A stretch of 64,000 nt of DNA from Candidatus Latescibacterota bacterium (GTDB lineage: Bacteria > Latescibacterota > UBA2968 > UBA8231): positions 2,432,001 through 2,496,000 of the forward strand of contig OZ241362.1 in assembly GCA_965200315.1 (NCBI GenBank), given 5' to 3'. The notes beneath the pieces were generated by a model. The model was not told the origin of the DNA. It searched no databases and was given only the letters and a program-made list of their open reading frames with translations. A program made the translations under genes and the position numbers. Positions within the stretch are counted from its first letter, which is position 1. Every line of letters begins with the position of its first letter. Positions 1 through 8,717 of the stretch are shown one piece after another.

Positions 1-1117
1 CATAGGCAACGACATCGTCGGCAAATTCTACGTGATGGTGGCTCTCGTAGCTGGAGCGCAGCCCCTTGACGATCTCAATGGTGTCCTCAACCGAGGGGGG
101 ATCAACCATGATGCTCTGAAAACGCCGCTCAAGGGCCCCATCCTTTTCGATGTGTTTGCGGTACTCGTCGAGCGTGGTGGCCCCGATGCACTGCAATTCG
201 CCGCGCGCCAAAGCGGGCTTGAACATATTGGAAGCATCCAACGTGCCCTCGGCACTTCCGGCCCCGACAATGGTGTGCAGCTCGTCGATGAAAATGATAA
301 TTTCGGAGTTTTGCTGCAGTTCGTTCATCACCGCCTTGATGCGCTCTTCAAACTGGCCCCGGTATTTGGTGCCGGCGACCACTCCGCCCATGTCGAGGGT
401 GACCAAGCGCTTGTCGAGGAGGATCTGCGGCACACGCTTTTCAATGATGCACTGGGCGAGCCCTTCGACAATGGCCGTCTTGCCGACGCCCGGGTCGCCG
501 ATGAGGATGGGATTGTTCTTCTTGCGGCGGCTGAGGACTTGCGTGACGCGCTCAATCTCCTTCTGGCGACCGATCACTGGATCTAGCTTGCCCTCGCGCG
601 CCAACTGAGTCAGGTCGCGGCCAAAGTGGTCAAGGAAGGGCGTCTTGCTCTTCTTGCCCTTTTCCTTGCGCCCGGTGGTCTTGCCTTCGAGCACGGCCAA
701 GGTCTCTTCTAGGGCCGTTTTGTAATCGACCCCAAAGGCAGCCAAAATCTGCGCGGCAACCCCCTCCTTATCCTTGAGTAAAGCCAAGAGCAGGTGTTCG
801 ACGTCGATGAACTGCGTCTTCATCTCCTTGGCCTCGTTGGCTGCTACTTCGAGGATCTGTTTGGCACGGGGGGTATAGGGCACCTCGCCAATGGTCATGG
901 TGCCGCCCGAGGTCGTCACGTAGTCTTCTACCGACTGCTTGACCGTCTCCAAGCTCAACCCCAAGTTCGTCAGCACGGCCACGGCCTTGCCCTTGCCGTC
1001 CTTGATAATGCCCAACAGCAAATGCTCGGTGCCGATGTAATTGTGCCCTAAGCGCGCCGACTCCTCGCGCGCTAGCTTCATTACCTGTTTTACGTTTTCG
1101 GTGAACATGTTGTTCAT
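1..1117 (-). CDS. clpC: ATP-dependent Clp protease ATP-binding subunit ClpC (5' part; runs off window)
   Basis: Not in ORF track. Read manually from ATG 1117 (GGAGG RBS upstream): [36 protein letters not shown], later [18 protein letters not shown] (Walker A) and FIDELH (Walker B); follows mcsB. Confidence 0.95.
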   Translation of the reverse strand, partial: MNNMFTENVKQVMKLAREESARLGHNYIGTEHLLLGIIKDGKGKAVAVLTNLGLSLETVKQSVEDYVTTSGGTMTIGEVPYTPRAKQILEVAANEAKEMKTQFIDVEHLLLALLKDKEGVAAQILAAFGVDYKTALEETLAVLEGKTTGRKEKGKKSKTPFLDHFGRDLTQLAREGKLDPVIGRQKEIERVTQVLSRRKKNNPILIGDPGVGKTAIVEGLAQCIIEKRVPQILLDKRLVTLDMGGVVAGTKYRGQFEERIKAVMNELQQNSEIIIFIDELHTIVGAGSAEGTLDASNMFKPALARGELQCIGATTLDEYRKHIEKDGALERRFQSIMVDPPSVEDTIEIVKGLRSSYESHHHVEFADDVVAY

Positions 1118-1264
1118 CTAGTCGTCCTCCACAATCCGCCTATGGTCTATGTAAGTAAGGAAACTTGATTCTCGACAATTCGGAGAGCGCGAGTTGAATA
1201 TCGAGCATTGCAAACTTTGCTAGATAAAGCTCAATTTTGAACCTATCAAATGAGCCGATTGTTG

Positions 1265-2329
1265 TCAAGATAATCCCCTCTGTTTGGTCCAGCGCCGTCT
1301 CACTAGTTCGGCGCGGCGCACATCGCGGTCTGCCGACGAGAGATCTGCTCTGGCTTCGGCTTGCAAATGCGAGGGCTGAGTAACGATCATTAACTGGTTG
1401 ATAAAGCCGAGGGGTAAGCCGTCAATAAGCCCCAAACTACATCCTAAACGCACTGCCGATAGCAAGTTCATAAAATCCTGCCCACTCAACACCCGCGCGT
1501 GTTGCAAAATTCCATACGCCCGCCAAACCTTATCCTCCACTTGAGCTGATGCGTCTGCCATCAGGGCAGCCTGCGCCTCTTTTTCGTGGCCCATGATCTT
1601 TTGGGTTATCTCCGAGAGCTTCTCGACGATCTCCTCTTCGGTTATGCCCAAGGTGGCTTGGTTGGATATCTGGAATAGGTTGCCGACCACATTGGTTCCT
1701 TCTCCGTAGAACCCGCGCACCGCGAAAGCCATGCTAGTCAACCCGCGCATCACCCGTTCCATATCCTCAGTCAGGACCAAGGCCGGCAGATGGATGAGCA
1801 CCGATATCCGCAAGCCCGTCCCCGTATTGGTCGGACAGGCCGTCAAGAAACCCCAGCGCTCTGATTGCGACCAATCCAACTCGCTCCCAAGCGCATCGTC
1901 GAGCGCATCAACCCGCTGCCATGCCGCGTACGTTTGCAAACCCGGGAGGATGGCCTGCAAGCGGAGGTGATCCTCCTCGTTAATCATCACGCCAAGCGAC
2001 TCATCTGCATTGAAGAGCACACCGCGCTGGCCCTTGCTTTTGGCCAGAGCCGGACTAATCAGGTGGCGTTCTACCAGTAACTGACGCTGATTGGCTTGTA
2101 GGGCGTTCATGTGGAAAAAGGCCGCATCGCACATAGGACGGCACTTTGGGGCGGCACTTAGAACCTGTTCGATGATTTTTTTTTGGTCTTCAAGTGTGGT
2201 CTTCGGCGCAAAAGTCCACCCTGCAAGATTGCGGGCCAAGCGGGCGCGACAGCTAACGACCATGCCGTCGGCATCCCCTTCTCCGCTGAGCCAGCTAGCT
2301 GCATTGTAAACGAGATCCTCAATATTCAC
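1265..2329 (-). CDS. mcsB: Protein arginine kinase McsB
   Basis: RARLARN, LVERHLIS, INEEDHLRLQ, GFLTACPTNTGTG (guanido phosphotransferase motifs); between mcsA and clpC. Confidence 0.95.
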   Translation of the reverse strand: MNIEDLVYNAASWLSGEGDADGMVVSCRARLARNLAGWTFAPKTTLEDQKKIIEQVLSAAPKCRPMCDAAFFHMNALQANQRQLLVERHLISPALAKSKGQRGVLFNADESLGVMINEEDHLRLQAILPGLQTYAAWQRVDALDDALGSELDWSQSERWGFLTACPTNTGTGLRISVLIHLPALVLTEDMERVMRGLTSMAFAVRGFYGEGTNVVGNLFQISNQATLGITEEEIVEKLSEITQKIMGHEKEAQAALMADASAQVEDKVWRAYGILQHARVLSGQDFMNLLSAVRLGCSLGLIDGLPLGFINQLMIVTQPSHLQAEARADLSSADRDVRRAELVRRRWTKQRGLS

Positions 2330-2331
2330 GG

Positions 2332-2832
2332 TTATTTCCCTTCGAGGACGCGAATGCGGTCCCTGAGCTGAGCCGCCTCTTCAAAGGCCTCTTCCGCCAC
2401 CGCTTGGGCCAGCTCTGCGCACAATCGCTCCAGCTCGTCGGCCGCGTCAGTACTTTGTGCCGCTTCCATCGGCCCTTTTCCCCGGTGCCTGTCGTCGCCG
2501 TGGATGCGATTGAGCAGACGCTCTAACTGTGGGGCGAAAGCATCGTAACAATGCGGGCAGCCGAGGCGACCAATCTTCTTGAACTCCTCGTAGCTCATCT
2601 CGCAAGTCGGACAGTGCGCTCCCCCGTCGCCTTCGGCCCCGGTCAACTTGGCCAATTCTATTTTAATTTCCTTCACCAGTACGGGCGCTTCTTTGGCCTG
2701 TGCAGCCGGGGCTACCCGCACCTTTTTTTTTATAGCGCACTCATGGCAGAGCAAGAGCGTCTGTTTTACGTCGTCAACGATATGAGTAAAGGCCACTGCG
2801 GCCTCGCGCTTGGCGCACACCCCGCATTTCAT
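2332..2832 (-). CDS. mcsA: McsA activator (four CxxC motifs plus UVR domain)
   Basis: Start MKCGVC at 2832 (ATGA overlap with lolD stop); CGVC, CHEC, CPTC, GRLGCPHCY; C-terminal EEAFEEAAQLRDRI. Confidence 0.92.
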   Translation of the reverse strand: MKCGVCAKREAAVAFTHIVDDVKQTLLLCHECAIKKKVRVAPAAQAKEAPVLVKEIKIELAKLTGAEGDGGAHCPTCEMSYEEFKKIGRLGCPHCYDAFAPQLERLLNRIHGDDRHRGKGPMEAAQSTDAADELERLCAELAQAVAEEAFEEAAQLRDRIRVLEGK

Positions 2833-3521
2833 GTCGCACCGTCTTCCATATACAATACACCTGCTTCTATGCGCCCTCGGCGATCCATGCTCTGGGCCAG
2901 TTTGCGGTCGTGGGTCATCACCACAAAAGCCTGCCCGCGCTCCCGGGCCAACCCGGCGAGCAGTTGGTGCAAAGACTCGCTGGCCGCCTCGTCGAGATTG
3001 CCCGACGGCTCGTCGGCCAGCACGACCAACGGCTCGTTGACCAGCGCTCGCACCATGGCCACCCGCTGGCATTCGCCGCCCGACAGCGTCCCAGGCCGGT
3101 GGTGCAAGCGGTCGGCTAGTCCGACAGAATCCATCAGTTCAAGGGCTTCCTTGCGGCGATCAACGCCAGCTACCCGCGCCGGCAGCAAGACGTTTTCCAG
3201 CGCGGTAAATTCCGGCAGCAGGTAGTGAAATTGAAATACGAAACCAATGTGCCGATTGCGAAAGCGCGAAAGCGCCTGATCGCCGAGGTTGAGCACATCG
3301 GTGTCGGCGATTCGCAATTGGCCAGCCGTCGGCAGGTCGAGCGTACCCAACAAGTACAGCAAGGTACTTTTGCCAACTCCAGACTCGCCCATAACCGCGA
3401 CTAGCTCGCCCGTACGCACCACTAAGTCCACGCCCTTGAGCACTTCCAAGCCCTCACCGCTGGTGTCGAATACCTTGCGCAAACCGCACGCTTCGAGAAT
3501 GATATCGGCTTCTTTCACCAT
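2829..3521 (-). CDS. lolD: Lipoprotein-releasing ABC transporter ATP-binding protein LolD
   Basis: GESGVGKST, IGFVFQFHYLLPEFTALENV, LSGGE, LADEPSGNLD; adjacent to LolC/E permease. Confidence 0.9.
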   Translation of the reverse strand: MVKEADIILEACGLRKVFDTSGEGLEVLKGVDLVVRTGELVAVMGESGVGKSTLLYLLGTLDLPTAGQLRIADTDVLNLGDQALSRFRNRHIGFVFQFHYLLPEFTALENVLLPARVAGVDRRKEALELMDSVGLADRLHHRPGTLSGGECQRVAMVRALVNEPLVVLADEPSGNLDEAASESLHQLLAGLARERGQAFVVMTHDRKLAQSMDRRGRIEAGVLYMEDGAT

Positions 3522-3522
3522 C

Positions 3523-4788
3523 TTACATTATATACCGAATGGCTTCTACGGGCATTAATCCCGCGGCCTTGCGCGCCGGATAAATTGACGTCGCCAAGCA
3601 GATGACCATGCTAATCGCCGCTACCAGTGCAAAGTCCACGACATCCATATCCACGGGCAACGAACTGATGAAATACATGTCCCCGGGAATGGAAATCAGC
3701 GCAAAGTGCTGTTGGGCTAAACAGAGCGCAAAACCGATCAAGCAGCCCAAGAAGGTGCCGATGCCGCCAATGACCAAGCCCTGATAGATGAAAATGCGAT
3801 AAATCTCGCCCACGGTGCAACCGATTGTCCGCAAAATGCCGATCTCGGGCGTCTTGATCAGCACCGACATGACTAGGATCGACATGATGTTAAAAGCAGC
3901 AACCAGCACGATGAGACTCAGCGCGAGGAAAATTGCCCATTTTTCCAACTCGATCCAGCGGAAGAACTCGGGAAAAAGCTGGGTCCAATCGCGCACTTGA
4001 TAGGGATAGCCCAACTCCTCGACTAGGCGGTCGCGGATCTCAGGTGCTTGATAGATGTCTGCGACGTGGATGTGGATATCGGTAATCTCATCGCCCAATT
4101 CGAGCATGCGTTGGGCGTCTTCTATATGAATAAAAGCATAGTTGTCATCGTACTGGTACATGCCGCTTTCAAAGTGATCGGTCACGAAAAAGGACCACGG
4201 ACGCGGCGAGAAACCATCCAGCACGGCTGCTTCCACATCGAGATTCTGCACCGTCATCAGCAACACCTCAGAACCCGGCCCTACGTGCAAGCGCCGCGCC
4301 AAGTACTCGCCGAGGACAATCCCCCGCTTATTTAGCTCTGCGAGCAAACCGAGGCGTAGTTGCCCTTCTGGCTTGGCGTAGCGCAGGTGTTCGTTCAGGT
4401 CGGAAACCGCTGGAAAGGTCGCCGGATCAATGCCCCACACGGGAATGCCATCGACCCGGCCCAAGTCGAGCTGGGAGGCAATAATGACCTTGGAATCCAC
4501 GACCGGGGCTGCACCTACGACCCCGGCAGCACCTTGCACCTGCTGCAACAGCGCGTCCCAGCCCGCAATGGGTCCACCGTCGAAGCGGCGAATGTTGACA
4601 TGGGCGTTCATGCCGATTAGCCGGTTTTTGACTTCGCCGGCAAAACCATTCGTCACCGAGAGAATGATCACCAAAGCCGCGACCCCCAAGATCACCCCAC
4701 CGACGGCCATATAGGCGATGACCGAGAAGAAGCCCTCGCGCTGCTTGGAGCGCAGGTAGCGGCCGGCGACAAACAAGGCAATGCTCAC
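3523..4788 (-). CDS. lolE: Lipoprotein-releasing ABC transporter permease (LolC/LolE family)
   Basis: GTG start at 4788 overlaps prfB stop; RYLRSK..GVAALVIILSV.NGF, VAAFNI, EIGILRTIG, YPARKAA..PVEAIRY. Confidence 0.88.
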   Translation of the reverse strand: MSIALFVAGRYLRSKQREGFFSVIAYMAVGGVILGVAALVIILSVTNGFAGEVKNRLIGMNAHVNIRRFDGGPIAGWDALLQQVQGAAGVVGAAPVVDSKVIIASQLDLGRVDGIPVWGIDPATFPAVSDLNEHLRYAKPEGQLRLGLLAELNKRGIVLGEYLARRLHVGPGSEVLLMTVQNLDVEAAVLDGFSPRPWSFFVTDHFESGMYQYDDNYAFIHIEDAQRMLELGDEITDIHIHVADIYQAPEIRDRLVEELGYPYQVRDWTQLFPEFFRWIELEKWAIFLALSLIVLVAAFNIMSILVMSVLIKTPEIGILRTIGCTVGEIYRIFIYQGLVIGGIGTFLGCLIGFALCLAQQHFALISIPGDMYFISSLPVDMDVVDFALVAAISMVICLATSIYPARKAAGLMPVEAIRYIM

Positions 4789-5880
4789 GCTTGCCCCTCG
4801 GTCAAATAGGTCCGAATGAATCGGTCGATGTCGCCGTCCATTACCGCTTGGACATTGGCCGTTTCGCAAGCGGTGCGGTGGTCCTTGACTATAGTGTATG
4901 GATGGAACACGTAGGAGCGGATCTGCGATCCGAAATCGATGCTCTTCTTGGTGTTCTCCACTGCGAGTTGCTTCTGTTTCTGTTCGTCCTTGAGGTGCTG
5001 ATACAGGCGAGCCTTTAACACCTTAAACGCAGTGGCTTTGTTCTTGAACTGCGAGCGCTCGTTTTGACACTGGACGACAATGCCGGTGGGCAGATGCGTG
5101 AGCCGCACGGCTGAGGCGGTCTTGTTCACGTGTTGGCCGCCCGCGCCCCCGGAGCGGTAGGTTTCGACCTTCACGTCCTCGTCGTTGAGGTCCACCTCTA
5201 TATCGTCTTCGACTTCTGGATAGACAAAGACCGAAGCAAACGAAGTGTGGCGACGGCGACTTGTGTCAAAAGGCGAGAGCCGCACTAGGCGATGGACGCC
5301 GGCCTCGGCCTTGAGGTAGCCATACGCATAATCCCCTTTAACCTCAATGGTTACGCCCTTGATGCCGGCTTCCTCGGCCTGCTGCAGATCCACGACCGCG
5401 CATTCCATGCCGTGGCGCTCGGTCCAGCGCGTGTACAGGCGCATCAACATCGACGCCCATTCGGCTGCATCCGTACCCCCTGCCCCCGAGTGAATGACGA
5501 GAATCGCGTTTTTGGAGTCTTCTGCGTCGTTGAGCATCGTGCGAAACTCCAGTTCGCCAATGCCCTGCATGGCGCATTCGACCTCGGCTTCGACCTCGGC
5601 CAGTGCCTCGGTATCGCCTTCTTCGACCGCCATCTGCCGCAGTTGGTCCAAGTCCTCCAACTGCGCGTCCAAGGCCTCCCAATCCGCAATGGTGTCCTTG
5701 AGGATACGCGCTGTCTTGCCGACGGATTCGGCCTGACGCCGGTCGTTCCAAAAGCCCGCGGCCGCCATACGCTTTTCTAGTGAGGCTAGCTCTTCCTTTT
5801 TGCCACTTATGTCAAAGATACCCTCGCAGCCGCTCTAGTTGCTGCCGCCCGCTTGCTAACTGTTCCTCAATCGTGGCCAT
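4785..5880 (-). CDS. prfB: Peptide chain release factor 2, programmed +1 frameshift
   Basis: ORF1 MATIEEQLASGRQQLERLRGYL (ATG 5880) ends at CTT-TGA-C (5817-5811); the +1 frame continues into the 4785..5768 ORF with the SPF tripeptide and GGQ motif. Confidence 0.96.
5811..5826 (-). promoter_or_regulatory. RF2 autoregulatory frameshift site (internal SD plus CTT TGA C)
   Basis: Minus strand reads CGA GGG TAT CTT TGA C, the canonical prfB shift signal. Confidence 0.93.
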
Positions 5881-6394
5881 TGTCGTCTTCCTCGGTTTCG
5901 TTGTAGCGATCAAAAAGGAGGCTTTCGTGCTTGCGGTCAGAGGGGATTTCAAAAAGTAGCTGCCCCTCGTAAACCGTGCCCTTCGTCCCCTTGAACTCAT
6001 TGGTGTGCGCAATAAAAAACGGCGAGCGCGACAGCGGGTAATACCGCCGCCCAAGGTCGTCAACGAGCTGAAAGCAGCGCGGCACAATCGACCACGCAAG
6101 CTGCAAATTCACCTGCAAACGCACATCGATGAGCACGAACTTGTGGCCCTCGTCGGGCGGACCGTGAAAAAAGTGCATGTAGCGCACCCCGTCCACGGGC
6201 ACCGTCAGGGCAACTTGGTTGTTGATGTTGGCGAACAGGTTGGTCAGATTCTCCAGCTTGTCCACCGATCCGCCCGTCAAGCTCACCCCAATGTAGATCG
6301 GCACGAAGAGGGTCACGCCGCCCAAGACGACGCGGTTGAGCAGCCGCAGGCGTTTGCTGAGCTGCTTCTTGCGCTCGTCTGCCGAGATCACCAT
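5867..6394 (-). CDS. Membrane-anchored hypothetical protein (DUF4352-like beta-sandwich)
   Basis: One N-terminal TM helix; FQLVDDLGRRY and GQLLFEIP resemble DUF4352; overlaps prfB start by 14 nt. Confidence 0.6.
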   Translation of the reverse strand: MVISADERKKQLSKRLRLLNRVVLGGVTLFVPIYIGVSLTGGSVDKLENLTNLFANINNQVALTVPVDGVRYMHFFHGPPDEGHKFVLIDVRLQVNLQLAWSIVPRCFQLVDDLGRRYYPLSRSPFFIAHTNEFKGTKGTVYEGQLLFEIPSDRKHESLLFDRYNETEEDDNGHD

Positions 6395-6412
6395 GGCGTT
6401 TCCTCAGAGCAC

Positions 6413-8068
6413 CTAGCGCACAAGGGCAATTTTGCCCAAGCGGATGCGGCTAGGCAACCGTAGCTGATAGAAGTACATCCCGTTGGCCACGGCCCGGCTC
6501 GGTGTCCAGCGCGGGGCGCGGCCCGGCCGGTCGTGGCTTCCCGGCCACAGGTCCCAACGCTCGGTGAATACCAACCGGCCCACTACGTCAAAAACGCTCA
6601 ACTCGACGAGGCCGCGCTCGGCTAGCTGCACTGGAAAATGCATCACCCCGTCCCGCGCTGGATTGGGAAAAGGTGCCAACAGGCGGTCCTCCTCCGGCAG
6701 CACCTCGTCGAGGCCACTGGCCGCCAATGCGTTTATCTGCCCCCAGCCATACACCGTGTCGGGACCGGCGGTTCCCAAGTCCAGCGCGGTCGAGCGCAAA
6801 GCCTCCAGTACTTGGGCTGGCGTCCATTCGGGATTTTTTTGCAACAACAGGGCACAAACCCCGCTCACCAAGGGGGCCGCAAAAGAAGTGCCACCTCTAT
6901 GCACATAGCCGCCGAGCCGCAGATCCGCGACTGCTACGCCGCTGCCGGGCGCGACCACATCCGGCTTGATGCGGCCATCGGCCGTCGGCCCCCGCGAGCT
7001 AAAGGAAGCAATCTGCGGCATGCGCTCGCCGCTGCCGGGCACATCTACTGCCCCCACCGCAATCGCGCCATCGGCGTCCGCCGGCACTGTTATGTAGTGC
7101 CAATCCCCGTTGGCCTCATTGCCCGCGGCCACCACCACCACGATGCCGCGCCGCACCGCCAGTGCCGCCGCTACGCTCGTAAGCGCGGTTTCCCCGTCCA
7201 GGTCCGCTGGCGAGTAGCCAGTGCCGTCGTCCCACCTATTGTAGCCCAACGAGCTGTTGACCACCTGCGCTCCCAAGCTGTCCGCCCACTCTAAGCCGGC
7301 GATCCAGCGATCCTCCTCCGAGGGCATTTCGGGCATGTTGTCGTCTAGTTCGGTCTTGGCCAAGATGTACTCGGCGTCGGGTGCCACACCGACAAAGTGA
7401 TCGGGCTGATAACCTGCCAGCAGGGAAAGCACTTGTGCTCCGTGCAAGTTTTGGCTGCCGCTCCTTTCGTCGCCCGTGACGGGTTGATCGGCTTCATCGC
7501 TGACAATCCCGTCGTCATTGACAAAGTCGCGCTGGGCCACCACGCGAATGGAAGCGAAGGCCTCGTGTTCGACGTAGTGGAAACCGTTGTCGAGCAAGGC
7601 CACGCGTACCCCAGCACCCGTAAAACCCCGGTCGTGTAGGAGGGGAACGGCGATTTGGGTCAACTGCTCAGAGGCTAGGCCATAACGGCTTTGCAACAAC
7701 TTGGGGCTGGCAAACAGTTCGGGCGGCGGTGGACTAGGCCGCTGCAAGCGCTGCACGAGCCGCGTTGCAATGACAAATTCCGCAGTCTGCACTCGGCGCT
7801 GTACTTCGGGCGAAACCCGCGCACTGACCGCGTTGAGCCAACGCGAAGAGAAGCGCACGGCCACCCCCATCTCCCGTAGCCGCTCGATATAACGTTGGCT
7901 GACAGGCAGGTCTAGCTCCGCGTCCGTATGACCAGCCCCCAAATCCACCCAAGCGATGCGCCGTCCCTCGGCATCCGTTTTGTCGCGCAACAGAATCCAG
8001 ACACTCTGATCTGCTGTAACCGCCAAGGCACCCGCGTGTGCCAGCAGAGCCGCGCACCACCACCGCAT
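6413..8068 (-). CDS. Secreted S8 (subtilase) serine peptidase with C-terminal sorting-like domain
   Basis: Signal peptide MRWWCAALLAHAGALA; triad LLDNG / HGAQV / GGTSFAAP; AAGN oxyanion motif; C-terminal PFPNP..DVVGRLV..GMYFY. Confidence 0.9.
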   Translation of the reverse strand: MRWWCAALLAHAGALAVTADQSVWILLRDKTDAEGRRIAWVDLGAGHTDAELDLPVSQRYIERLREMGVAVRFSSRWLNAVSARVSPEVQRRVQTAEFVIATRLVQRLQRPSPPPPELFASPKLLQSRYGLASEQLTQIAVPLLHDRGFTGAGVRVALLDNGFHYVEHEAFASIRVVAQRDFVNDDGIVSDEADQPVTGDERSGSQNLHGAQVLSLLAGYQPDHFVGVAPDAEYILAKTELDDNMPEMPSEEDRWIAGLEWADSLGAQVVNSSLGYNRWDDGTGYSPADLDGETALTSVAAALAVRRGIVVVVAAGNEANGDWHYITVPADADGAIAVGAVDVPGSGERMPQIASFSSRGPTADGRIKPDVVAPGSGVAVADLRLGGYVHRGGTSFAAPLVSGVCALLLQKNPEWTPAQVLEALRSTALDLGTAGPDTVYGWGQINALAASGLDEVLPEEDRLLAPFPNPARDGVMHFPVQLAERGLVELSVFDVVGRLVFTERWDLWPGSHDRPGRAPRWTPSRAVANGMYFYQLRLPSRIRLGKIALVR

Positions 8069-8072
8069 TCCC

Positions 8073-8717
8073 TTACTCAACAGGGGGTTCCCTCGTGTCC
8101 AGCACCTCCACCCCTTCTGGCACCTCAAAAGAAAAGGTTTCGTCGGCTATCCTCCTGTTGGCACGGTGATCCTTAAGGACGTACGCAGTGCGATTGCCAT
8201 TGGCCTCGCGCTGCTCGACTTGCAATAGAAGCCACCCCCTAGGATCCACCCAAACCCTCATCTGTTCGACTACAGAGGCTTCGTTTTCCGGTGCCATGAT
8301 CAACAAATAGCAGGACCGCCCCCCCAACGCACTTTCCTCCACCGCAATAGGCAAATAGCGCTCGGTATAGTCGAAAAACACTTCCCACGGGGTCTTTATT
8401 TCCGCTTCGTAGGGGCTGATCACCACTTGGCCGTTGTGCACTACATACGACCAGACGGCCTTGCCATCGGCCACCACCACATCGCCGCCTTCCAGTTCGA
8501 TGCGAAAGCGGTTTGGGCGGCGCAAATAGATCCGGCCCTCGCGGCTACGGTACTTGTCCAGCACGGCCCAGTAGAACTGCTTTTCAAAGCGGGCTGAAAA
8601 CGTCTTGTAGCTAGCGAGACGCTTTTGCACCTTAGCGATGATCTCTTCGCCGCTCTGTCCAAGAGCCGTGCTTGCCGCCAAGCACATACAAGAAACGGCC
8701 CACAACCACAGTCTCAT
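8073..8717 (-). CDS. lolA: Outer-membrane lipoprotein carrier protein LolA
   Basis: Signal peptide; FSARFEK, RPNRFRIE, VADGKAVWSY, FSFEVPEGVEVLD; ftsK-lolA synteny. Confidence 0.85.
   Translation of the reverse strand: MRLWLWAVSCMCLAASTALGQSGEEIIAKVQKRLASYKTFSARFEKQFYWAVLDKYRSREGRIYLRRPNRFRIELEGGDVVVADGKAVWSYVVHNGQVVISPYEAEIKTPWEVFFDYTERYLPIAVEESALGGRSCYLLIMAPENEASVVEQMRVWVDPRGWLLLQVEQREANGNRTAYVLKDHRANRRIADETFSFEVPEGVEVLDTREPPVE

Noticed and set aside
32-1051. Plus-strand ORFs (184, 152 and 85 aa)
   Set aside because: Antisense to clpC, which the track omitted because it runs off the window.
1118-1264. CtsR or HrcA operator upstream of clpC
   Set aside because: No GTCAAA direct repeat or TTAGCACTC-N9-GAGTGCTAA found by eye.
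2833-3072. N-terminal extension of mcsA
   Set aside because: Overlaps lolD; McsA homology starts at MKCGVC (2832).
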